DNA from: Eledone cirrhosa
Lineage: Eukaryota
DNA length: 64,000 nt
Assembly (NCBI GenBank): GCA_964016885.1
Contig: OZ024742.1
Span: 177,940,001 to 178,004,000 of the forward strand
Direction: 5' to 3'
Shown: positions 26,793 to 37,994 of the stretch, in pieces
How the letters are laid out: each line of letters opens with the position of its first letter
Position numbering within the stretch: position 1 is the first letter of the stretch
The notes under the pieces: generated by a model
The model's input: only the letters and a program-made list of their open reading frames with translations
What the model was told of the DNA's origin: nothing
Databases searched by the model: none
Made by a program: the position numbers and the translations under genes

Positions 26793-27799
26793 TGATAAAA
26801 AAAGGTAGGGAGCCAATGTATCTCCCTGGAGCATTCCAGCCAGTATCTCAAAGAACTCTGTCATCCCATCAGGTGTAATGACATGGGCTTTGGTGTTGGT
26901 GTAGACCAGTGATATCAGGTCCACTATCTTCTTGGGGATTCCATAAGCCCTTTTATCATCGTAGTGGACTATTGTATGCGCCTTGCACTGGAGAAACACC
27001 AGGACTCTGGCTTTACTGTAGCACCGGCTCAGAGCAGGAGAGTTAAGGCGAAGAAGGTATCAGATGCTGAATTTGCCGACGACATAGTTTTAGTGACAAA
27101 TACAGTGAAGGAGGCAGAGGATTTGATGCAGGAGGTTGAGACTGTGTCGATGAGTGTGGGGCTGAGAATGAATGAGACTAAAACAAAATATCTGGTAGAG
27201 AATGTTGAGAAGCCAGAGGGGATCACTAATGTAGGCGGGAAGCCACTAGAATTGGTTGAGGACTTTCTTTATTTGGGAGCAAAGATTGGGAATACGGAAG
27301 ATGATGTGGTTGAGAGGAAGGGCAAAGCCTGGGCGACGTGCCACAACTTGAGATCGGTGTGGAAGTCGAACCTTCATAAAGACATGAAAATCCGCCTCTT
27401 CATTGCTGTCGTGGAGTCTGTGCTGCTGTATGGGTCTGAGACTTGGAGATTGACCAAGAAACTCACTCAGATGGTGGATGGGTGCTACAGGAGAGAGCTG
27501 AGGATGGCTCTGAACATTAATCAGTATACACTGAGGATGACAAACTCAGAGCTGTGATACAGAGGCGACTGAGGTTAGCTGGACATGCTAACCAACATCT
27601 AGAGTTGACATTGCACTCAGTGCTCTTGTGGGAGACCCTACATGGACACACTGGAAGAGGAAGACCAAGGTTAACGTATGTTGATGCCCTAAGGACAGAC
27701 ACTGGTCTATTGGAGACGCAGGACATGGCAGCGATAATAAGGGACAGAGACCGCTGGAGAGAACTCGTCCATGGATGTCGGGAATTGTACACGCCCTAG
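26793..27799 (+). mobile_element. 5'-truncated RTE LINE with 5' inversion
   Basis: The minus piece 26793-26950 encodes AYGIPKKIV...QGDTLAPYLF. The plus piece from ~26951 continues [27 protein letters not shown]. Confidence 0.88.
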
Positions 27800-27804
27800 A
27801 TGGA

Positions 27805-27837
<33 letters not shown>

Positions 27838-27887
27838 TTATATATATATATTTATATATATATTTATATATATATATCTCTCTCTAT

Positions 27888-28622
<735 letters not shown>

Positions 28623-28655
28623 TTATATATATATGTATATTTATATATATATATT

Positions 28656-28712
<57 letters not shown>

Positions 28713-28724
28713 ATATATATATAT

Positions 28725-29236
28725 AGTATTAGTTATACTATTTATGGTTATGTAAACGCAAAACCTTAAGCAGTTGTAAGTATTTTACACACACCCTAAA
28801 TAGTGGTTGGCAGTAATGTATTACTACCTTATTACCAGTAAGTTAAGTAGCTCAATGTAAAAACATCAGATGATTTACAGAGCAGTTATATGAAATATAA
28901 GAATCAAAGAACTGTTCAAAACATTATTGTGCTTACAGCTGTTTCCTCCAAACCGAGGTTTGGATTCTTCGGAGCAATTTATTAATGCATGGACAGTTAT
29001 ATGACCTCCTTTTCAGCCGAGAGACATACCAATACATATTCAAACATTGATACATATTCACAATGTTTGAATATGTATCAATGTTTGAATATGTATTGGT
29101 ATGTCTCTCGGCTGAAAAGGAGGTCATATAACTGTCCATGCATTAATAAATTGCTCCGAAGAATCCAAACCTCGGTTTGGAGGAAACAGCTGTAAGCACA
29201 ATAATGTTTTGAACAGTTCTTTGATTCTTATATTTC

Positions 29237-29241
<5 letters not shown>
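28725..29241. mobile_element. ~0.5-kb non-autonomous hairpin derivative of Penelope-2 termini, with an HHR fold in each arm
   Basis: Arms 28887-29060 and 29068-29241 are inverted around the loop CAATGTT. 28725-28886 matches the Penelope-2 extension (25665-25826) in reverse. HHR on + at ~29152-29198: UGCU-CCGAAGA...GGAAA-CAGCUG-UA^AGCA. Confidence 0.85.
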
Positions 29242-29268
<27 letters not shown>

Positions 29269-29483
29269 ATATATTTTTTTTTATATATATTTATATATAT
29301 ATATATATATATATAACACATATATATATATATATAAAATATATATTTATATATTAATTAAAATAACAGATTATTAATCTGTTATTTTAATAAACATTTG
29401 CTTTACGGTTCTTATATATTTGATATATATTTATCCTTATCGAGCCCTCTTTGGATTTTAGTCTTCAAATATATTATTATTAC

Positions 29484-29562
<79 letters not shown>

Positions 29563-29564
<2 letters not shown>

Positions 29565-29757
29565 CGAGGGGAGTGTGGTAAAGAACCAGATGGACCATAA
29601 TGCACCAGAGTACTCAATACTTAGGGTAGTAGAGGGAGTAATAGGAAAATGTTTAACCCCGACCGCAGAACTCAAGCCGTTTCGGCGGCTATATCTGGCC
29701 TCAGAATTAGCCGTCGAAACGGCTTGAGCTCTGCTGTCGTGTTAAACATTTTCCTAC
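29563..29757. repeat. Small asymmetric hairpin element in (TA)n
   Basis: TAGGAAAATGTTTAAC...CTCAAGCCGTTTCGGCGGCTA pairs with TAGCCGTCGAAACGGCTTGAG...GTTAAACATTTTCCTA (29642-29757). The ~80-bp left extension recurs at ~12062-12148. Confidence 0.75.
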
Positions 29758-30322
29758 ATATATATATATATGACGCAATGAATTCTCGACAGTTGGATTA
29801 CGTAACTGTCTTTATCCCATTGCAGAAACTAATTATTTGGAGTGAAAATTTAAGTAAGTAAAAAAATTTTTTTTTTAATTTTTTTAAAAAATATTTTCTT
29901 ATTTTACGTCCTTTATATTATTGTTCTGCATTCTCCTGCATTGAACCACCTAGGTACTATGACATAACCTGTGTATTTGCTAGCATGGGCGTGCATCTGT
30001 GCGCTTATGTTAGTTGATATATTAAATTATCTATATTTATCTCCAAATCACTGATTTGTCGAGCAAACTTGCCAAAACCACTTCTAAAAAAATTTTTTTC
30101 GGGGTGTTAGTAGGCGTCAGTCATCTTACCATGCCATTCCTTCTAACTAGCCTCTGTGTCACGTGATTGATTCTTTAGAATCGGCCATTTGACTTGAAGC
30201 AGTGAGAATTTCGGTACATAGAATCCAGTCCTCGCAAGCTGTTCGATCTACCGAATTATTATTATTATTTTTATATGAGCCGCCAGTGTCCGCGCATTGC
30301 CTGGAGACTTAACTGAGAATAG

Positions 30323-30404
30323 ACTCCCTGATGACGCAATGAATTCTCGAAAGTTGGATTACGTAACTGTCTTTATCCCATTGCAGAAACTAATTAGTTG
30401 GAGT
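30323..30404 (+). ncRNA. Type I hammerhead ribozyme, array copy 1
   Basis: ACUCC-CUGAUGA-C-GCAAUG...CAUUGC-A-GAAA-CUAAUUAG-UU^GGAGU. Palindromic stem III ACUAAUUAGU; C.A mismatch at 10.1/11.1. Confidence 0.82.
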
Positions 30405-30881
30405 GAAAATTTAAGTAAGTAAAAAATTTTTTTTTAATTTTTTTAAAAAATATTTTCTTATTTTACGTCCTTTATATTATTGTTCTGCATTCTCCTGCAT
30501 TGAACCACCTAGGTACTATGACATAACCTGTGTATTTGCTAGCATGGGCGTGCATCTGTGCGCTTATGTTAGTTGATATATTAAATTATCTATATTTATC
30601 TCCAAATCACTGATTTGTCGAGCAAACTTGACAAAACCACTTCTAAAAAAATTTTTTTTGGGGTGTTAGTAGGCGTCAGTCATCTTACCATCCCATTCCT
30701 TCTAACTAGCCTCTGTGTCACGTGATTGATTCTTTAGAATCGGCCATTTGACTTGAAGCAGTGAGAATTTCGGTACATAGAATCCAGTCCTCGCAAGCTG
30801 TTCGATCTACCGAATTATTATTATTATTTTTATATGAGCCGCCAGTGTCCGCGCATTGCCTGGAGACTTAACTGAGAATAG

Positions 30882-30963
30882 ACTCCCTGATGACGCAATG
30901 AATTCTCGACAGTTGGATTACGTAACTGTCTTTATGCCATTGCAGAAACTAATTAGTTGGAGT
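30882..30963 (+). ncRNA. Type I hammerhead ribozyme, array copy 2
   Basis: Same fold as copy 1, with inner helix GACAGUU/AACUGUC in the stem II loop. Confidence 0.82.
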
Positions 30964-31441
30964 GAAAATTTAAGTAAGTAAAAAATCTTTTTAAAAAATT
31001 TTTTTTAAAAATATTTTCTTATTTTACGTCCTTTATATTATTGTTCTGCATTCTCCTGCATTGAACCACCTAGGTACTATGACATAACCTGTGTATTTGC
31101 TAGCATGGGCGTGCATCTGTGCGCTTATGTTAGTTGATATATTAAATTATCTATATTTATCTCCAAATCACTGATTTGTCGAGCAAACTTGACAAAACCA
31201 CTTCTAAAAAAATTTTTTTTGGGTGTTAGTAGGCGTCAGTCATCTTACCATCCCATTCCTTCTAACTAGCCTCTGTGTCACGTGATTGATTCTTTAGAAT
31301 CGGCCATTTGACTTGAAGCAGTGAGAATTTCGGTACATAGAATCCAGTCCTCGCAAGCTGTTCGATCTACCGAATTATTATTATTATTTTTATATGAGCC
31401 GCCAGTGTCCGCGCATTGCCTGGAGACTTAACTGAGAATAG

Positions 31442-31523
31442 ACTCCCTGATGACGCAATGAATTCTCGAAAGTTGGATTACGTAACTGTCTTTATCCCAT
31501 TGCAGAAACTAATTAGTTGGAGT
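31442..31523 (+). ncRNA. Type I hammerhead ribozyme, array copy 3
   Basis: Same fold as copy 1. Confidence 0.82.
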
Positions 31524-31593
31524 GAAAATTTAAGTAAGTAAAAAATCTTTTTAAAAAATTTTTTTAAAAAATATTTTCTTATTTTACGTCCTT

Positions 31594-31624
<31 letters not shown>

Positions 31625-31967
31625 ATTTATGTGTATTAATATATGGATAAATTCATATATTAATATATATTTGTATTTGAATGTGAATTTGTATTTAGGC
31701 TTTAATTTTTTATGAGCATTTTTTATATGTTTTATGTGTGTATGTTTCTAAACATACATTTATACCATACCATATAAATTGTATATAGAAACAAAAAATA
31801 TAATACCGCTGTTTCATAATTTATGAATTCAATAAAATATCATGAAATTTTATAATCCCACATCTCACCAGGCACACCTCATACACTGAATGTATACATT
31901 AATCAATAAGCACAGGTAAACAATCCGAATGTTAAAAGCAACACACATGTGTACATACATAAATACG

Positions 31968-32039
<72 letters not shown>

Positions 32040-32141
32040 CAGGTGTTCGTGTGTATGTAATCGCGGTTGGGTGTAGGGAAAGATATGGGGTGAGCTGAAA
32101 GTTTGAAAGTGAGAGCTAAGTGAATTCAAAATTTAAGTATG

Positions 32142-32255
<114 letters not shown>

Positions 32256-32267
32256 TACATACATACA

Positions 32268-32346
<79 letters not shown>

Positions 32347-32547
32347 GTGTACATATATTATATATGTACATAGATATGTATATGTTTGGGTGTTGTTTTT
32401 CTATATATCTCTGACTGGTTAGTTATCTACGTTTATGTGTACCTGTCTATTTCCGTAATAGTACAGCTGATATGTAACAACTATATCTCTCTTTTTATGT
32501 CACCTATTCTCTCCACAACACACGCATATATATATATATAGATAGAT

Positions 32548-32603
<56 letters not shown>

Positions 32604-33229
32604 TGAGAGAGAGAGAATGAGAGAAGGAGAGAGAGAGATAGAAAAAGAGGGACAGATCCATAGATCGATAGATAGATAGCTATAATTGTTAGTTCGCGTG
32701 TGTTTACATTGATGGTGTGGTACAGCATTTGATAATATAGGGATTAGAGATGTTGACAAATAGAAAATGTGTGACATAACGCTAGTGGGAAACTGTAAGT
32801 AAGAAAGAATGAGGTGTTGGGTGGAGGGGATGGGGAATAAGAATAAAACATACCCCTATTGATTCAGGAAATTATTGTGCATGCGTAATAGTATTGAAGG
32901 TATTTTTTTTCTTGTTATTTTTTAACCAAATATGTTGTCGGGTCCGGAAAGCAAATAAATAAGTTTACGTGTGTAATATTGCAACAATAACAGCAATAAT
33001 AGAAACACCAATAATAGAAACACCAATAATATCAATAACATACACTGTTACATAATTTCAATAATATGAAATTGCTGAGACTGAAATATGAAGAAACACC
33101 GTATGTGGTATTAGTGTTTACTAATAGTTAGATTTACTAATAGTTATTTCAAAGGTTAAAATGTGTAGTTTGTTTTATATATTGTATATTTTATATGTAG
33201 TATATTTCGTATATTGACCAAATGTTTGT

Positions 33230-33350
33230 AGGCGCGTGGTGGTGTGAGTGGTTAAAGAATTGGATTCGCAATCTTAAGGTTATGATTTCGATTCCCAGAC
33301 CGCGCGATGTGTTATGTCCTTTATTAAGACACTTTATTTCACGTTGCACC
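33230..33350 (+). mobile_element. Diverged tRNA-derived SINE of a second (CORE-like) family
   Basis: A-box-like GGTGTGAGTGGTTAA, B-box-like TTCGATTCCC, then TGTCCTT..AAGACACTTTATTTCAC. A similar fragment lies on - at ~36175-36240. Confidence 0.55.
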
Positions 33351-33510
33351 TCCTGCATGGAGTTGCGACAGTCCGATAGTATTAGCAGGGTGGAAAGACC
33401 AATGGAAACATTGTTTTCTCAGTCCGATTTGACAAGCTCTACCCCACTCGTTAAGCAAATGAGATCTGGGATCTTGTTGATTGACTATCGATATTGACCA
33501 TATAGTCATA

Positions 33511-33670
33511 GGCGGCGAATTGGCAGAGTCGTTAAAATATCGGTTAGAATGCTATTCCACAGTATTCGTACCTGCATTCTAAGTTCAAATTTTACTGTGT
33601 TCAGATTTATTTTCATCCTTCTGAGCTCGATTACTACTATACCAGTTTCGTAGTGGAGTCGATCCTATCA
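33511..33670 (+). mobile_element. Diverged tRNA-derived SINE
   Basis: GGCGGCGAATTGGCAGAGTCGTTA, AAGTTCAAAT, TTTCATCCTTCTGAGCTCGATT, TACCAG. Confidence 0.7.
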
Positions 33671-33948
33671 GTCTCACTTTTATTTTCCAAACACGCACAC
33701 TACCTGAATATTTCCTTGGACATAATCGGATGTGTTCAGACATGACGTGGTATGGGCTCCACTAAGCGCTCCTATGATTCGGTACTGAAGTAAGCACCCA
33801 TGGCGTGGTATGTTTATTATATTTTGTATATATTATGCATAGTATATTCTACATGCAGCTGGCAAGCATGGCTAAACAAATGACTTTTCGGTTCATCAGC
33901 TTCTCATATGTAGAGTATACTAATGTAAGTATATGATACAGCTTATTC

Positions 33949-34273
33949 CAGGGGTGTGTATCTTATTCCATTGGAGGGCCACTTTTGGATAGTTGGATAT
34001 TGGAACAACTATTAAGGCCATTGATATTTATTTAGCACTATTCCAAAGATTCACCACAACTTCTTTCCATAACATGGAACATGGAAATTATAACACACAT
34101 AACCCTACCAGTGAAGCCCTTTAGTATAGGTCAACTAACAGAAAATTGTATTACGGTTACGAAAAAAATTCTAAATAAGCCTACAAGGTAAAAATTAATA
34201 ACAGTCATCGCGGACCACTGTGACTGGCTGGCGGGCCGGATTGTGGCCCATGGGCCACCTGTTCCACGCCCTG
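33949..34273. mobile_element. Non-autonomous hAT (Charlie-like) DNA transposon / MITE
   Basis: Termini CAGGGGTG and CACGCCCTG. Perfect 8-bp TSD GCTTATTC at 33941-33948 and 34274-34281. Subterminal GGGCCGGATTGTGGCCCATGGGCC. Confidence 0.85.
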
Positions 34274-34404
34274 GCTTATTCTGTACACCATATTTTGCAT
34301 ATATTATGCATAACATAAAGTATATTTTGTATACAATATACATACTTCATAGTAGTATACATAGTATACACTATATTTTGTATTATTATATTAATGATAT
34401 GAAA

Positions 34405-34798
34405 AGGGCAGTGGATTGGCAGAATCGTTAGTATGTCGAGTGAAATGCATTGCATCATTTGCTTATGGCTCTTTACGTTAAAATCTTTATGAGTTAAAAT
34501 CCCGCTGAGGTCAACTTTGCCTTTCATCCTTCTGGTGACAATATATTCGAATCCTCCTTCAAATACAGGCCCTGTGCTAAAATTAGAAATTGTTTTATTA
34601 ATATAATTTGGATGGATTGGCAGTATCGGTAGAGGATCGGACGCCATGCTTTGATGCATAGAGTTACGGCCCTTGCTATTCTGACTTCAAATCCCGCCGA
34701 GGTTAAATTTCCCTTTCATCCTTAAGGGGGTCGCAAAATAAAGTACCAGTAATGCATTGGGTAATTGCTGGCCTTGTGCCAAAAGTAGAAACAATTAT
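34405..34798 (+). mobile_element. Two tandem SINE copies (~34405-34598, ~34609-34798)
   Basis: Each has a GGATTGGCAG head, TCAAATCCCGCCGAGG-like B box, CTTTCATCCT core and TGTGC..AA.TAGAAA end. Confidence 0.8.
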
Positions 34799-35156
34799 AT
34801 TAATATAAGACAAGTGTTAGACTTCATTTTATATCTAACCTCTGGCTTTTGGTCGGAATTGAGACATGTCTGTATAATAAGATAATTCTACAGCACAACA
34901 TATCCTGGTTTTATCACTGAAAAATATTTAAATGAGATGTTAAAAATTATGACAGAATGTTATTTCTCACAAACAACAATTGGTCACCGACAAAAAAAAA
35001 ACTATCCGAGCATGGAAAGTTTAAAGTTTGAGGAAGAAATATTGTTAACGTTTGAATGGACATTTTGCAAAGGTTATATTTTAAAAAAAATATTTATATA
35101 GGCCTCATTTATTATTCTGAGTCATTTTCATTTTAATTATTTTCTGAATGTGTGTA

Positions 35157-35617
35157 GGGGTGGGGATTGAAACTATCGGTAGAGCTTCAGTTAAAATGCT
35201 TTGCGCATTTAGTTACGACTTTCTAAGTTCTGAGTTCACCTCCCGCCGTCACCAACTTTATGTTTCATAATTCCAGGGTCAATAAAATATCGGATCATTC
35301 ACGTAATGAGGTCGAGATAATCAACACATCTCCCCCAACCGAAGGTGCTGGCCGTGTGCCTAAATGAGAAATCCTTATTTGCTCAAAGTGATGGCGCGTT
35401 AAATTGGCACTGTCGGTAGAGCATCGGACAAACTACTTTGCAGCCTTTAGTTACGAATTTCTACGGTAGTCAGAGCTCATATCCTGTCGTCGTTAACTTT
35501 GTATTTCATGCTCTCAGGGTCAATAAAATAAATACCAGCCACATACTGTGTTGATATAATTGAATTCCACGCCCTCCTTCCAAACTCGTTTGCACTGTGC
35601 CTTATTTGGAAATCATA
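35157..35617 (+). mobile_element. Two diverged tandem SINE copies (~35157-35380, ~35393-35617)
   Basis: TCGGTAGAGC, GAGTTCA, TTTCAT..CAGGGTCAATAAAATA, GTGCCT motifs present in both copies. Confidence 0.7.
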
Positions 35618-36258
35618 TATTTGCTGAAAGATGTATCAGTATGGGGTGAATAACCCATGTGATTGTGCTTTCTCTCAGCTTGTTCCTGGACACCAGAGAA
35701 CTTAAGCAAGAGATTGTATTTGTCCTGGATATTCAGAATAATCCTCTATAGAAGAGAGGTTTTCTCTCTGCAAATTCTGATTAAGAAGAGATTTAGGATC
35801 TCATATTCCATGATCAGGTATCAATACAGGATCGTTGGACTATTCTTCTGTGTGTATATTCTCTAGATTATGACAGACTAAGTAGGAAAGCCTTTTAAAG
35901 ATTAGAGTCAAAGCATTTGTAGGAATGCCTTGTTCCAGTTAATTTAACTGCCCATACAGAATCAATTCTGTATCCTGCCCATACAGAATCAATTCTGTAT
36001 CTGTTAAGGCCGCTGCAGTGTAGCAGGAATAATCCAAATGATCACTCACTCCAGAGTGTCATATTTGTATGCAGACCACATAGCATAACGTCATTGTCTT
36101 TCTAAACATTAGTTTCAGATGATTTCTATTCTATCTACCTAGAAGGAAACTCAAACTCCCAAAAGACGTGTTTCAATAGAGGGTCTCACTCAAAGGCACA
36201 AGGCAGCATCGGGAATAGAACTGACAGCCTTCACTCACATTCACATACTCACACTTAA

Positions 36259-36296
<38 letters not shown>

Positions 36297-37044
36297 ACAC
36301 AGATACACACACACACACACACATACATGTGTATATACGGTAGGCTCTCAGAGAGCAGAGAGCCAGAACGTATAACGCAAATCATTCTATCTTACTTTCT
36401 AATTACTCTGCAAAAATTACGCCTGTGCAATCATACAATAAAGAAAGCTAATAACACTCTCAACGTATACAAGACAATATATATTGCTGAAAGATATTTG
36501 GTCCTTGCATATTTTTTACATATCAAAAATAAACATTTATTTTCATATCAATACTAAAATGGTTAAAAAAAAAAAGCTAATAGCATTCTTGTATAATTCT
36601 TTCTCTCAACAATTAATTTTAGAATATATTTAATCTCAACGACTCTGAAATATTAAATGAAATTTGATAAATCTCAAAATAGTGTGTAAGTATATAAAAA
36701 GATAAATTTCAAGCACATTATATCGCAATAGTAACAATCTTGTAATATTCCATAAGTAAACAAACAATTGGTTTTATAATAATTTTTCAAGTAAAATCAA
36801 CTACTTCACTAATATTTGATGAAATCTTATGACAGTATATCAAGACATCGTTGCATATCAATTGAAGAATATACTGAGAGGGGAAAAAAGAAACATAAAA
36901 ACATAATTTGAACAAATATCTAACTAAATTGTAGATTTCTTATGTGATACTTCAAATCTACAATCAGTTTAAAATGTATCTTTGTTTTAAAGTAACATAA
37001 ACTACTATATGATGTATTGTTTGGTGAATTTTAATGATAATAAT

Positions 37045-37937
37045 AATGATTTAGGCACAAGGCCAGCAATTTGAAAAGGAGGAGAAAGTCCATTAAATCG
37101 ACCCCAGTGCATTACTGGTGCTTTATTTTGTCGACCCTGTAAGGAAGAAAGGCATAGCTAGTCTGTAAGGAAGAAAGGCATAGCTAGTCTCGGTTGGGAT
37201 TTGAACACAGAAAGAAAAGGAACGTAACTATATACGACAAACCCCAATTCAACCCCTTGAATATGAAGAAATAATTGTTTCTACTTTTGGCACAAGGCCA
37301 GCAATAACCCAGTACATTACTGGTACTTTATTGTATCGACCCCGTAAGGATGAAAGGCAAAGTTAACCTCGGCGGGATTTGAACTCAGACCGTAAAGGGA
37401 CGTATCAATGCTGGAAAGCATGGCGTCCGACTCTCTACTGATACTGCCAATCCACCGCCCTTGAATATGAAGAAATAATGGTTTCAGATTTAGGTACAAG
37501 AACAGCAAATTTGGGGGGTGAGGTGAAAGTGAATTAAATCGAACCCCCACTGCATTACTGCTACTTTATTTTATCGACCCCATAAGGATGAAAAGCAAAG
37601 CTAACCTCGGCAGCATTTGAAATCAGAACGTGAAGGGTCGTAACTCTATGTTGCAAAGCATGGTGTCCGACGCCCGATACAGCCAATCCACCGCTCTTTT
37701 TATTAATAACAATAATAAAGGTTTCTGATTAAGGCACAAGTCCAACCATTTTGTGGGAGGGGAAATAGATTAAATAGAAGCAGTTCGTTACTGGTACTTT
37801 ATTTTATCGACCCTGAAAAGATGAAAGGCATAGCTAACCTCAGTTGGGATTTGAATCCAGAGCGTAAAGGGCCGTAACTCTATGTTTTAAAGCCTGTTGT
37901 TCGTCGCTCTACCGATGCTGCCAATCCACCGCCCTTG
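37045..37937 (-). mobile_element. Four head-to-tail SINE copies
   Basis: Copies at ~37045-37240, 37276-37457, 37480-37697 and 37717-37937. The second is flanked by the 22-bp TSD CCCTTGAATATGAAGAAATAAT (37254-37275 and 37458-37479). Confidence 0.85.
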
Positions 37938-37944
37938 CTTATGA

Positions 37945-37982
<38 letters not shown>

Positions 37983-37994
37983 GAATAATAATAA

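Larger units (their letters stand above)
29770..31597 (+). repeat. Tandem array of ~560-bp hammerhead-containing units (~3.3 copies), retrozyme/ribozyme-satellite-like
   Basis: Unit starts (ATGACGCAATG) at 29770, 30331, 30890 and 31450. Units are near-identical, non-coding and flanked by (TA)n. Confidence 0.92.

Noticed and set aside
29642-29757. Hammerhead or pre-miRNA in the small hairpin
   Set aside because: CGAAAC is present but there is no CUGANGA or valid stem III/UH; the long inverted repeat is better explained as a mobile-element fold-back.
29770-31597. Possible CRISPR array or rDNA/snRNA repeat
   Set aside because: Whole 560-bp units repeat with no unique spacers, there are no cas genes, and I recognise no 5S, U-snRNA or tRNA sequence.
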